From an uncultured bacterium (GTDB lineage Bacteria; Hydrogenedentota; Hydrogenedentia; Hydrogenedentales; JAEUWI01): a stretch of 17,272 nucleotides of DNA. Below are positions 1-8,779 of the stretch, piece after piece; within the stretch, counting starts at the first letter, position 1; every line of letters starts with the position of its first letter. A program made the translations under genes and the position numbers. The notes below the pieces were generated by a model. The model was given only the letters and a program-made list of their open reading frames with translations, was not told the DNA's origin and made no database searches. The DNA is taken from the NCBI GenBank assembly GCA_963977445.1, contig CAXBPH010000145.1, positions 1 through 17,272 on the forward strand. The letters are read 5' to 3'.

Positions 1-104
1 CCCGGATTGGTGTCCAGCCCCGTCGGCGCTACATAGAAGTCCCCGTTGTCGGGTGCGCCGACCGAAATCGCCGCCGATACTACAAGAAGAAATGTGGTCA
101 ACAT
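1..104 (-). CDS. 5' end (runs off window) of a secreted protein, probably a right-handed parallel beta-helix carbohydrate-active enzyme
   Basis: Not in the ORF track. Manual translation from ATG at 104 gives MLTTFLLVVSAAISVGAPDNGDFYVAPTGLDTNPG: a hydrophobic signal-like N-terminus followed by the F/YVAPxGxDxNPG motif typical of beta-helix (pectate-lyase-like/DUF1565-type) N-termini. A GGAG Shine-Dalgarno lies 8 nt upstream. Confidence 0.75.
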   Translation of the reverse strand, partial: MLTTFLLVVSAAISVGAPDNGDFYVAPTGLDTNP

Positions 105-159
105 TCAATACGCTCCAAGGGACAACATGAAGTCAACGCTACCCCGGCGGAGTAACGAT

Positions 160-188
160 ACCGTAGCCTGACTTTCAGAGTGAGACAA
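160..188 (-). promoter_or_regulatory. possible sigma70 promoter for the beta-helix gene
   Basis: Minus strand TTGTCT-17 nt-TACGGT in the 100-bp spacer after the AraC stop codon. Pattern match only. Confidence 0.3.
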
Positions 189-204
189 AATTACGTTCAA
201 CGGC

Positions 205-1068
205 CTATTCCAACATCCAATGGGCTGGCGTAGTTCCGACATGCTTTTTGAAAAGACGATAGAAATGGGAAAGATCCCCAATACCCGAAGCAAAAGCGGC
301 ACCAGGAATAGAGTGGTGCCCCCCCCGCAATAGCGCCTTGGCGTGCTTGAGGCGAATTTTGGTCAAGTACGTATTGAAACTCTCCCCACTCAAATCCCGA
401 AACAGGGTCGTGAACCGACGACGGGACAGATGGGCCTGGGCCGCAGCCCGTTCTACATTCCAGTCTTCATAAAACTGACTATCTACCAGCGCAACAACGC
501 GGCCCACCCGTGCCAGGGCCGAATGGTCGGTCACCTCGGTGGGCATCCGCGCGAGGCGAATCAGCACCTGATCCAACTCCGCCGCGATAGCCAGGTCAAA
601 ACCCGGTTGCTGCTGCCACTGCTCCGCGAGAACGCGGTTCAGACTGGCGCGCAACGCTGTAAATTGTACCACATCCGGTGTAATTGCCCGCTCAGTCTCC
701 GCACAGAGACTCTTCCAAAGTTCGGTGCGGCTGGGCTGAGCACCGAGATAGGCTTCGCCGAGACAGACGAGAAGGAGGATGGATTCGGAGGTATCCTCCA
801 TTCGGTGGGAGATACCTGCCGGAATGGGCCAGAGACTCCCTGCTTCGAGGGCGAGAGCTTCACCCAGGCGCTCGTCTTCCAAAGTAATATGGCCACGTTG
901 AACCACATAAATCTGGTGGAAAGTGTGGCGCTCGATACCCATTCGAAAGCCCGAACCGTGAACACTTTCGGCCACCCGAATACCGTGGGCTGGGATGGAA
1001 AGGGCGATGGGCTGATGAACTACTTCCAACAGTCGATACCCTTCCATTGCCTGAACGGCGAAGTCCAT
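205..1068 (-). CDS. AraC/XylS-family transcriptional regulator with N-terminal cupin sensor domain
   Basis: Cupin motifs (ERHTFHQIYVVQRG...IPAGISHR) and a C-terminal double HTH (AAQAHLSRRRFTTLFR...YLTKIRLKHAKALL...IPGAAFASGIGDLSHFYRLFKKHVGTTP). Confidence 0.95.
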   Translation of the reverse strand: MDFAVQAMEGYRLLEVVHQPIALSIPAHGIRVAESVHGSGFRMGIERHTFHQIYVVQRGHITLEDERLGEALALEAGSLWPIPAGISHRMEDTSESILLLVCLGEAYLGAQPSRTELWKSLCAETERAITPDVVQFTALRASLNRVLAEQWQQQPGFDLAIAAELDQVLIRLARMPTEVTDHSALARVGRVVALVDSQFYEDWNVERAAAQAHLSRRRFTTLFRDLSGESFNTYLTKIRLKHAKALLRGGHHSIPGAAFASGIGDLSHFYRLFKKHVGTTPAHWMLE

Positions 1069-1120
1069 CTAAACCCATCAACAACGTATAGCGGGCACTC
1101 ACAGGAGTTATGGATAATTT

Positions 1121-1160
1121 TGCACCACAAATTGCCCAATATGCAAACAGATTCTCCCAA
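1121..1160 (+). promoter_or_regulatory. tandem AraC-type operator half-sites (TGCA-N10-CCCAA x2, 21-bp period)
   Basis: TGCACCACAAATTGCCCAA (1121-1139) and TGCAAACAGATTCTCCCAA (1142-1160) lie in the divergent araC/GH88 spacer. A candidate -10 TATGAA is at 1186-1191. Confidence 0.7.
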
Positions 1161-1295
1161 ACAGCCAATCGATCTCCTGGCGCGGTATGAAATACTAACA
1201 ACCATGAGCGAAAGGGGCCTTGGGTAGACCTTTCCCCAATCCACTACGTACACTACGCCTATTCGCGGATAGTAACCTGCAGTGAGGTCAAAATC

Positions 1296-2681
1296 ATGCA
1301 ACTGAACAACACCCTGAACCCCGCAGACCTGCGGGGCTCACTTGACGCCTTTTTCGCCATGGCCGGAGAGACCATGCTGTCTCTGGATCAGCACTGGAAT
1401 GCCGCCCAGGGTTCCCCCGTATTCACCGAGGCGGGCGTATACACCAGCCGTGGCTGGACCGAGTGGACCCAGGGATTCCAGTATGGCTGCCTGATTCTCC
1501 AATTTGACGCGACCAACGACGAGCGATTTCTCGAGTTGGGCAAATTGCGTATCCACGACCACATGGCCCCCCACATCAGTCATATCGGGGTTCACGATCA
1601 TGGATTCAACAACCTCTCGACCTACGGCAATGTGCTGCGCCTCGCAGAAGAGGGCCGCATCGACATGCAGGAAGAGGTAAAAGCCTTCTATCAACTTGCC
1701 ATCAAGGTTTCGGGGGCGGTCCAGGCGTCTCGCTGGTCTAAGATCGCCGATGGAACGGGATATATTCATAGCTTCAACGGCCCCCACTCCCTTTTCAGTG
1801 ACACCATCCGTTCCTGTCGCATTCTGATGAAGGCCCACCAACTGGGACACGTTCTCATGGGCGAAGGGGACCGAAAAATCTCTCTGTGTGAACGGGCCGT
1901 GCAGCACATCCAGAACACCCACCGCTACAATGTTTATTACGGTGAAGGCCGTGACATTTATGATGTGCCCGGCCGCGTGGTGCATGAGAGCATCTTCAAC
2001 ATGACCGACGGACAGTACCGGTGTCCCAGCACCCAACAGGGCTATTCCGCTTTTTCCACGTGGACGCGTGGCCTGGCCTGGGTCCTCCTCGGTGCGGCGG
2101 AGGAGCTGGAATTTCTTGACGAACTGAGCGAAACGGACTGCGACGCTGTCGGCGGCAAGGAAGCGTTCCGTGAGATGCTACTTTCGATGGCCCAAGCCAC
2201 CGCCGAATTCTATATTGAACATACGTGCTTTGACGGTATTCCCTTTTGGGACACGGGAGCCCCTGGACTCGTCCATCTTCCTGACTATCAGACGGCGGTT
2301 TCGGATCCTTATAACCCCCACGAACCCGTTGACAGTTCCGCCGCCGCGATTGTGGCACAAGGCCTTCTGCGCCTCGGTCGTTACTTCGGGGTCGATACCG
2401 AGCCGGGCATGCGTTATTTCCAGGCAGGTCTTACGGTCTCCAAGACCCTATTAAGTGCCCCCTATATTTCTGAAGACCCCAAACATCAGGGGCTACTACT
2501 CCATTCCGTCTATCACCGACCCAATGGTTGGGACTACGTTCCCGAAGGACAGTCCGTACCCTGTGGCGAGTCTTCCATGTGGGGAGACTACCACGCCATG
2601 GAGTTGGCCGTTTATCTGAAGCGCCTGATCGATAACGAAGCCTACCTGACCTTTTTCGGCCCCACAGACGCTGCAAAATAG
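1296..2681 (+). CDS. glycoside hydrolase family 88-like (unsaturated glucuronyl hydrolase-like, (alpha/alpha)6 barrel), cytoplasmic
   Basis: UGL-type motifs: EWTQGF, HDHGF, FSDTI, QGYSAFSTWTRGLAW, DSSAAAI, WGDYHAME. No signal peptide. GAGG SD before the ATG. Confidence 0.85.
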   Translation: MQLNNTLNPADLRGSLDAFFAMAGETMLSLDQHWNAAQGSPVFTEAGVYTSRGWTEWTQGFQYGCLILQFDATNDERFLELGKLRIHDHMAPHISHIGVHDHGFNNLSTYGNVLRLAEEGRIDMQEEVKAFYQLAIKVSGAVQASRWSKIADGTGYIHSFNGPHSLFSDTIRSCRILMKAHQLGHVLMGEGDRKISLCERAVQHIQNTHRYNVYYGEGRDIYDVPGRVVHESIFNMTDGQYRCPSTQQGYSAFSTWTRGLAWVLLGAAEELEFLDELSETDCDAVGGKEAFREMLLSMAQATAEFYIEHTCFDGIPFWDTGAPGLVHLPDYQTAVSDPYNPHEPVDSSAAAIVAQGLLRLGRYFGVDTEPGMRYFQAGLTVSKTLLSAPYISEDPKHQGLLLHSVYHRPNGWDYVPEGQSVPCGESSMWGDYHAMELAVYLKRLIDNEAYLTFFGPTDAAK

Positions 2682-2729
2682 AACTATCTAACTTCCGGAA
2701 GTGCACCGGGAAGGAGAGGAATATACCCC

Positions 2730-3875
2730 ATGAATACTATCAAACTCGGAATTATCATGAATGGCGTCACGGGCCGGATGGGTACGAATCAGCACTTGGC
2801 CCGTTCCATTGCGGCAATTCGCTCCGAAGGGGGCATCAAGGTTGACGACAATACGCTCATCGTGCCCGAGCCCATCCTCGTGGGACGGAACGCCAATAAA
2901 CTTGCAGCCCTGGCGAAGGCCCATGGTGATCTTCCCTACTCTACCGATTTGGCGTCCCTGTTGAAGGATGATGCCTACCCTGTCTATTTCGACGCCCAAG
3001 TGACCCAACGTCGTTTCCCCGATGTGAAGGCCGCTATTGCCGCCGGAAAGCATATCTACTGCGAAAAGCCTTCAGCGGAAACGACCGCCCAGGCCCTGGA
3101 GCTACACACCCTGGCGGAAGCAGCCGGCATTAAGCATGGTGTTGTGCAGGACAAACTGTGGTTGCCGGGTTTTCTTAAACTGAAATACCTCATCGACACG
3201 GGGTACTTTGGGCGCATCCTGTCGGTCCGTGGTGAGTTTGGCTACTGGGTATTCACAGGCGAAGATCAGCCTGCCCAGCGTCCCTCCTGGAATTACCGCA
3301 AGGAAGACGGCGGCGGCATCATTTCCGACATGCTTTGCCACTGGCGCTATCTGATCGACAATCTTTTTGGCAAGGTCACCTCCGTCTCCTGTCTTGGTGC
3401 GACCCATATCCCCACACGCATTGATGAGCAGGGCAAGCCCTACGAATGCACGGCCGATGACGCGGCCTATGCGACCTTTGTCACCGACCAGGATATCATC
3501 TGCCACTTCAATTCGTCGTGGTGCGTTCGTGTTCGCCGAGATGACCTCGTAACCCTGCAGGTCGACGGTACCCACGGGTCGGCCGTAGCCGGATTGCGGA
3601 ATTGTGTTACCCAGCACGGAGCCAATACACCGAAGCCCGTCTGGAACCCGGATATTGACAGTCCTATCGATTTCAACGGCGGTTGGACGGATGTACCGAC
3701 CAATCAGCTTCACGACAATGCCTTTAAGGTTCAGTGGGAAAAGTTCCTGCGACATGTGGCCCTGGACGAAGAATTTCCCTGGAAATTGAAAGAAGGCGCA
3801 AAAGGCGTACAGCTTGCGGAGTTGGGTATCCAGAGCTGGAACGAGCGTCGCTGGCTCGACGTGCCAGAACTGTAG
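2730..3875 (+). CDS. Gfo/Idh/MocA-family NAD(P)-dependent oxidoreductase
   Basis: N-terminal Rossmann segment GIIMNGVTGRMG, plus AGKHIYCEKP and GGGIISDMLCHW motifs. Strong SD AGGAGAGGA. Confidence 0.93.
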   Translation: MNTIKLGIIMNGVTGRMGTNQHLARSIAAIRSEGGIKVDDNTLIVPEPILVGRNANKLAALAKAHGDLPYSTDLASLLKDDAYPVYFDAQVTQRRFPDVKAAIAAGKHIYCEKPSAETTAQALELHTLAEAAGIKHGVVQDKLWLPGFLKLKYLIDTGYFGRILSVRGEFGYWVFTGEDQPAQRPSWNYRKEDGGGIISDMLCHWRYLIDNLFGKVTSVSCLGATHIPTRIDEQGKPYECTADDAAYATFVTDQDIICHFNSSWCVRVRRDDLVTLQVDGTHGSAVAGLRNCVTQHGANTPKPVWNPDIDSPIDFNGGWTDVPTNQLHDNAFKVQWEKFLRHVALDEEFPWKLKEGAKGVQLAELGIQSWNERRWLDVPEL

Positions 3876-3938
3876 TATTCGGGACATCCGACACCCCCGC
3901 CACCCGTTTAATTGACCCTAAATAATGGAAAAGTACCT

Positions 3939-4724
3939 ATGAAGAAAGTAGCACTCATCACCGGCGCCAGCCGGGGCATCGGCCGGGGCATTGCCCTCTC
4001 CCTCGCGGCCCAGGGCTATGATATTGCCGGGGTAGCGACCAATCCCGACCAGAACAACATAGAATCGGGACTCTACGAAGTAAAACAGCGGGTAGAGGAA
4101 CTCGGCCAGTCCCTGTGCCCTATTCGCGGCGACGTAGCCAATCTTGACGATCATGGACGTATCCTGGCAGAGACCCTCGATGCCTTTGGCCAAGTAGACC
4201 TCCTCGTGAACAACGCCGGCGTATCTCTGGCCCAGCGTTTTGACATCCTGGAGACAACCCCTGAGAGTTATGACCGCGTCATGGGGATAAATCTTCGGGG
4301 CACCTTCTTCTTGACCCAGGTCGTCGCCAATCACCTGGTGGCCAATCCACGGCGCGACGCCGCCATCAAACCGGCCATCGTATTTATTACGAGCATCTCT
4401 GCCACGGCGGCCAGTGTGAATCGGGCGGAGTATTGCATCAGTAAGATGGGTGGCACGATGGCGGCACAGCTCTTCACCATCCGCCTGGCTGATCATGGCA
4501 TTAATGTCTATGAAATTCAGCCGGGGGTCATTCGCTCAGACATGACCGCAGGAGTCACGGACAAATACGATGCACTCATTGAAGACGGATTGCTGCTGCA
4601 AAAACGCTGGGGCACCCCCGAGGATGTGGGCAAGGCCGTCTTTGCCCTATCCGAAGGGTATTTTGACTATGCTACCGGCGCCGTTATCGAAGTGGGCGGC
4701 GGCTTTGGTATCCGTCGATTATAG
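3939..4724 (+). CDS. short-chain dehydrogenase/reductase (classical SDR; usually auto-annotated 3-ketoacyl-ACP reductase, more likely a sugar-acid oxidoreductase)
   Basis: TGASRGIG cofactor motif, VNNAG, catalytic Ser (SISA) and YCISK. Start moved from the TTG at 3912 to the ATG at 3939 (MKKVALITG). Confidence 0.92.
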   Translation: MKKVALITGASRGIGRGIALSLAAQGYDIAGVATNPDQNNIESGLYEVKQRVEELGQSLCPIRGDVANLDDHGRILAETLDAFGQVDLLVNNAGVSLAQRFDILETTPESYDRVMGINLRGTFFLTQVVANHLVANPRRDAAIKPAIVFITSISATAASVNRAEYCISKMGGTMAAQLFTIRLADHGINVYEIQPGVIRSDMTAGVTDKYDALIEDGLLLQKRWGTPEDVGKAVFALSEGYFDYATGAVIEVGGGFGIRRL

Positions 4725-4765
4725 AGTACATTTTATTTCCGTTCACTCCCTTTCCCTCCCACCGC

Positions 4766-4799
4766 AAACGTCATCGACAATCCGTCGAATTGAGTTTTT
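4766..4799 (+). terminator. weak, imperfect intrinsic terminator candidate after the SDR gene
   Basis: AAAC-G-TCA-TCGAC-AATCC-GTCGA-AT-TGA-GTTT stem with bulges, followed by a T-rich run. Confidence 0.35.
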
Positions 4800-4900
4800 C
4801 GTTTGTCTGAATACCGATGCTCAGGTACACTACGAGCATGTAAAATCATATCGCGCATCCCGGTCATATCGGACGCGAATCTATCCTGGAAAGCACCGCC

Positions 4901-5224
4901 ATGTATTTGTTTACCATCACCGCCACCCCAAACTCCGACAATGAAGAACACGCGAAATTCGAATGCGCCGACGTCTCTGCCTGGATTAACTTTCAGGAGC
5001 CCGCTGGTGCAGAAGAACTCGCACGATTCTATATTCGCGAATCGGGCTGGGCACCGGGCGACACCTTGGCATTTTTCGAAATCGTGGATGATGCCCTGGA
5101 CGACGATGACGAAACCTTGGAATTCGTGAATGAAGCGAAAGAATTTGGACACAGTCTCCTGATCGAGGCCTGGGAAGAAGAGGATGAGGATGAAAATACG
5201 GACGAGAACCCTTCCAACAATTAA
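4901..5224 (+). CDS. small, very acidic hypothetical protein (107 aa)
   Basis: ATG start and protein-like composition with aromatic-containing motifs (VSAWINF, ARFYIRESGW). D/E-rich C-terminal half. Fills the gap between the SDR and sulfatase genes on the same strand. Confidence 0.75.
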   Translation: MYLFTITATPNSDNEEHAKFECADVSAWINFQEPAGAEELARFYIRESGWAPGDTLAFFEIVDDALDDDDETLEFVNEAKEFGHSLLIEAWEEEDEDENTDENPSNN

Positions 5225-6635
5225 CTCATTAAGGCGTTTACGATCTGGCGTACTGGTGGCAGCCCTGGCTGCCATTGCCTTTCCCGCGAGCAGCCTCCCG
5301 AACTTCATTATCATCAACACAGATGATCAGGGCTACGCCGACCTCGGGGTCTATGGTGCAAAAGACTTCAAAACCCCCAACCTGGATCAAATGGCCCGCG
5401 AGGGCATTCGATTCACCAACTTTTATGATCCGGCCAATGCGTGTAGTCCGTCACGCGCGGCCCTCATGACGGGATGCTACCCGGTTCGGGTCAGCCTCCC
5501 CCATGTACTCGGACCCACCTCACTCCATCCCGACCGAATCCCTGTCGGGCTGAACCCCGACGAGGTGACTATCGCGGAAGTCTTGAAGGCCAAAGGCTAT
5601 GCCACCGCCTGTGTCGGTAAATGGCACCTCGGTGACTTGCCCCAATGGCTGCCTACGAATCAGGGCTTCGACTCGTTCTTTGGATTGCCCTACTCCAATG
5701 ATATGTGGCCCAATCATCCCACGGCCAAAAAGTATCCCGATCTGCCGCTTCTCGAGGGCACCGAAGTGCTCGAAGTTAATCCCGACATGGACCAACTGAC
5801 GACACGCTACACCGAACGGGCCCTCTCCTTTATCAAGGCCAACAAAGAACACCCTTTCTTCCTCTACCTGGCCCACAGTATGCCCCACGTTCCGCTGGGC
5901 GTATCTGACAAGTTTCGCGGTGCCTCCAAACAGGGCATGTATGGCGATGTCATTATGGAAATCGATTGGTCCGTCGGGGAGATCATCAAGACCCTCAAGG
6001 AACTTGGGCTCGATGAAAACACCATGATCGTCTTCACCTCCGACAATGGTCCCTGGCTCAGTTATGGCGATCACGCGGGCTCGGCACTGCCACTTCGGGA
6101 GGGCAAAGGTACCACCTGGGACGGCGGTCACCGGGTTCCTTGTATCGTCCGTTGGCCGGGTCAGATTCCCGCAGGACAGGTGAGCGACCTCCTCGTGTCC
6201 AATTTCGACTTTCTCCCCACCATCGCCGCCCGGGTGGAGGTCCCTCTTTCCGCCGATCGTAAGATTGATGGCGAAAATATCTGGTCCATACTTCGCGGAG
6301 TAGAAACCGACACGTCGCCCCACGACGCCTTCTACTTTTATCGCGGCCCCGAGCTTGTTGCCGTTCGCCAAGGCCCCTGGAAACTCCATCGTCCCCACGG
6401 CTATCGCAGTCTGGACGGCGGCGAGGGGGGCTCAGGCGGCACGCCCGTAGTCTACACGCAACTTGAGACGCCCGTGGCGCTATATAACCTGGATACGGAC
6501 ATTGGGGAGTCCAAGAATCTCTCCACGAGCCACCCGGACAAAGTTATTGAACTGGAAGCCCTCATGGCCAGGTTTGACGAGACCATGAAACAGGAGGCAC
6601 GCCCCGCAGGCGAAGCCCCCGCACCCGGCAATTGA
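5190..6635 (+). CDS. secreted formylglycine-dependent (S1) sulfatase, Cys-type, arylsulfatase A-like
   Basis: PNFIIINTDDQG, CSPSRAALMTG (CxPxR), GKWHLG, FTSDNGP, GKGTTWDGGHRVP, LYNLDTDIGE. Basic/hydrophobic signal peptide ending near AFPA. Start is either 5184 or 5190. Confidence 0.95.
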   Translation: MKIRTRTLPTINSLRRLRSGVLVAALAAIAFPASSLPNFIIINTDDQGYADLGVYGAKDFKTPNLDQMAREGIRFTNFYDPANACSPSRAALMTGCYPVRVSLPHVLGPTSLHPDRIPVGLNPDEVTIAEVLKAKGYATACVGKWHLGDLPQWLPTNQGFDSFFGLPYSNDMWPNHPTAKKYPDLPLLEGTEVLEVNPDMDQLTTRYTERALSFIKANKEHPFFLYLAHSMPHVPLGVSDKFRGASKQGMYGDVIMEIDWSVGEIIKTLKELGLDENTMIVFTSDNGPWLSYGDHAGSALPLREGKGTTWDGGHRVPCIVRWPGQIPAGQVSDLLVSNFDFLPTIAARVEVPLSADRKIDGENIWSILRGVETDTSPHDAFYFYRGPELVAVRQGPWKLHRPHGYRSLDGGEGGSGGTPVVYTQLETPVALYNLDTDIGESKNLSTSHPDKVIELEALMARFDETMKQEARPAGEAPAPGN

Positions 6636-6645
6636 TAGAAGACAC

Positions 6646-6683
6646 AAACTCCGAGTCTGAATACCTCAGACTCGGAGTTTTTT
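6646..6683 (+). terminator. intrinsic terminator, possibly bidirectional, between the convergent sulfatase and OPT genes
   Basis: Perfect 15-bp stem AAACTCCGAGTCTGA / TCAGACTCGGAGTTT with a 5-nt loop (ATACC), ending in a T6 run. Confidence 0.9.
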
Positions 6684-6741
6684 CTATCTATTTTGTTCGT
6701 CGTCGGATTTCTAATGCTTCAGCGACGTAACCATAGTGCCA

Positions 6742-8622
6742 TCAGCTCTCGCTCTCTCGACGGCAGGCAATTTTATAAAAGACGATGCAGACGCCCATGA
6801 AGAACGCAAGCGAAGAGAGTTGGTGAATATGAGGGGACATGAAGCCCATCTCAATGGCGAAGTCCCACCCCTCTATTTTGGGAATGGCCAAACCGATCCC
6901 CATGAGCGCTTCGCCCGCTATCAGTCCTGAACCGAACAACAAGCCCCCCTGACTCAGACCGTCCGATGCTTCTCTATCTCGGTTAACCCAGGCGTGCAGT
7001 AGCCCCCCCACGATGATCGGTACGGACAGAGCAAGTGGAAGATAGATGCCTACTGCAATGGGCATCACATGGAGCCGTTTGCTGGACCCCGAATACGTCA
7101 TGAATGCGTCTATGAGGATTATCAGTATACCGACACCAATACCCATCCAAATCATGGTATACGGCAAGTCGCCATCGCCGAAAAAACCTTTCACCAGACT
7201 GGCAAACAAGGTCGCCTGCGGTGCCAGGAGTTGGTCACTTCCAATTACGTAGGATTTGTGGAGGAGTGCGAGAACCGGGGCCATGGCCAGCGCGGGCACA
7301 ACTACCCCGAGCACTTCGGCCCACTGCTGCCGTTCCGGCGTGGCACCCACCAATTGGCCGGTTTTCAAATCCTGAGCTACATCGCCCGCCGTGCAGGCCA
7401 CACAGCAGACCACGCCGGCAACCCCCAACGTGGCCAGAATGGCACTGTCTCCACTGCCACCAGATAGCCAGATAACCACGGCGGCCAGGAGTACCGCGCA
7501 TATCGTCATGCCCGACACCGGAGAATTGGAGGAACCAACAAGACCCACGATGTAGGTCGCCACGGCTGCAAACAGAAAGGCCGCAGGGATCATAACGATC
7601 GTAGAAACCAGGGCCAGCCCGAGACTCTTAATGAGTACAACGTAGAGCACAAAGGTACCGACCACGGAAAAGGCCAGAATGAAGAACAAGGCCTTGAGAG
7701 ACATATTACGCTCTGTACGGATGTCGGTTTCCCCAGCGCCTTGCCCTGCCTGGCCAAGACTCTTAATCCCCGCGACGAGCCCCGCCCGTACGTTGACGAT
7801 AGAATAGAGGCCGCCCACCAGCATCGTGCCCACCCCGAGATATCGTACCTGGGTGCTCCACAGGGTCCATGCATGGGCCACAGGATCCGCCTCGTTAAGG
7901 GCGAAGGAAGGGCCCGCAATGGGGATCGTAATGAGCCAGCCAATCACACCACCGAGGAATACCTGCGACGCCACACCGAGCCCCACAATATAGCCCACGG
8001 CCAATAATGCCGGACTCATATCGGACCCCGCATAGAAAACACGCTGTCCCCGGAGTATGGCGACTTCTACCGTTCCCTGTATGACCTGCAATCCGGAAAC
8101 CATCAACTTAAACAAGGCCCCCAGCCCAAAGCCCCAAGCTATGGCCCGTATCGCCGAGCCACCCGCCTGGCCCACGGTAAGCACTTCCGCACACGCAACG
8201 CCCTCGGGGTAACGTAGGTCCTTCCGGTCCACTATCAACGCTTTACGGAGGGGAACCATGAACACGATGCCCAGCAACCCGCCCATCATGATTATTCCGG
8301 TGCTCACCCAATAGTCGAACTTATCCCAAACACCGGTTATGATGAGCGCGGGAAGGGTAAATATGGCACCGGCCGCCAGACTTTCACCCGTCGAGGCGAC
8401 CGTCTGGGAAATGTTGTTTTCAAGAACCGTACCCCGCTTGAAGCAGCCCCGGAGTACGGCCATGCTCACGACGGCAGCAGGAATCGAAGCGCTAACGGTC
8501 ATGCCAGCATAGAGCCCCAGGTAGACATTGGCGGCACCAAGGACCACGGCGAGCAGCACACCAAGCCCCAGAGACAGGACGGTGGATTCTGGGATATCCT
8601 CATTGTGCGGGTCCGACTTCAT
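6742..8622 (-). CDS. oligopeptide transporter, OPT family (bacterial YSL-like clade)
   Basis: AANVYLGLYAGMTVSASIPAAV, LENNISQT, LRYPEGVACAEVL, GSSNSPVSG, QDLKTGQLVGATP, APQATL, SGLIAGEAL, with many TM segments. ATG at 8622 is preceded by GAGGAG. Confidence 0.95.
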   Translation of the reverse strand: MKSDPHNEDIPESTVLSLGLGVLLAVVLGAANVYLGLYAGMTVSASIPAAVVSMAVLRGCFKRGTVLENNISQTVASTGESLAAGAIFTLPALIITGVWDKFDYWVSTGIIMMGGLLGIVFMVPLRKALIVDRKDLRYPEGVACAEVLTVGQAGGSAIRAIAWGFGLGALFKLMVSGLQVIQGTVEVAILRGQRVFYAGSDMSPALLAVGYIVGLGVASQVFLGGVIGWLITIPIAGPSFALNEADPVAHAWTLWSTQVRYLGVGTMLVGGLYSIVNVRAGLVAGIKSLGQAGQGAGETDIRTERNMSLKALFFILAFSVVGTFVLYVVLIKSLGLALVSTIVMIPAAFLFAAVATYIVGLVGSSNSPVSGMTICAVLLAAVVIWLSGGSGDSAILATLGVAGVVCCVACTAGDVAQDLKTGQLVGATPERQQWAEVLGVVVPALAMAPVLALLHKSYVIGSDQLLAPQATLFASLVKGFFGDGDLPYTMIWMGIGVGILIILIDAFMTYSGSSKRLHVMPIAVGIYLPLALSVPIIVGGLLHAWVNRDREASDGLSQGGLLFGSGLIAGEALMGIGLAIPKIEGWDFAIEMGFMSPHIHQLSSLAFFMGVCIVFYKIACRRESES

Positions 8623-8779
8623 TGTGTACTCCTCTTTACGTAACACTGCCTGAATCGGCCAGCCCCATTGCGCATTGCAATACTCGGACGCAGGCTACAA
8701 ACAACATTCTTGGCCGAACTCTGCGTTGCAAATCCTTGAAATCATTTGTATTCCCTCTGGCTTCGCGCCTTGATCCCGA

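Noticed and set aside
343..1227. 294-aa plus-strand ORF opposite the AraC gene
   Set aside because: It is antisense to a clear AraC gene, runs through the operator region and has no domain signature.
2691..2713. 12-bp palindrome ACTTCCGGAAGT and alternative hairpin before the Gfo/Idh/MocA SD
   Set aside because: Short, single copy and without a U-tract. It may be an mRNA stability hairpin, but no function can be supported.
5190..5290. Twin-arginine (Tat) signal in the sulfatase (SLRRLR)
   Set aside because: It lacks the S/T-R-R-x-F-L-K consensus. An ordinary Sec signal is more parsimonious.
8711..8725. TGGCCGAACTCTGCG, a sigma54-like string
   Set aside because: GG-GC spacing is one base short and it points away from the OPT gene.
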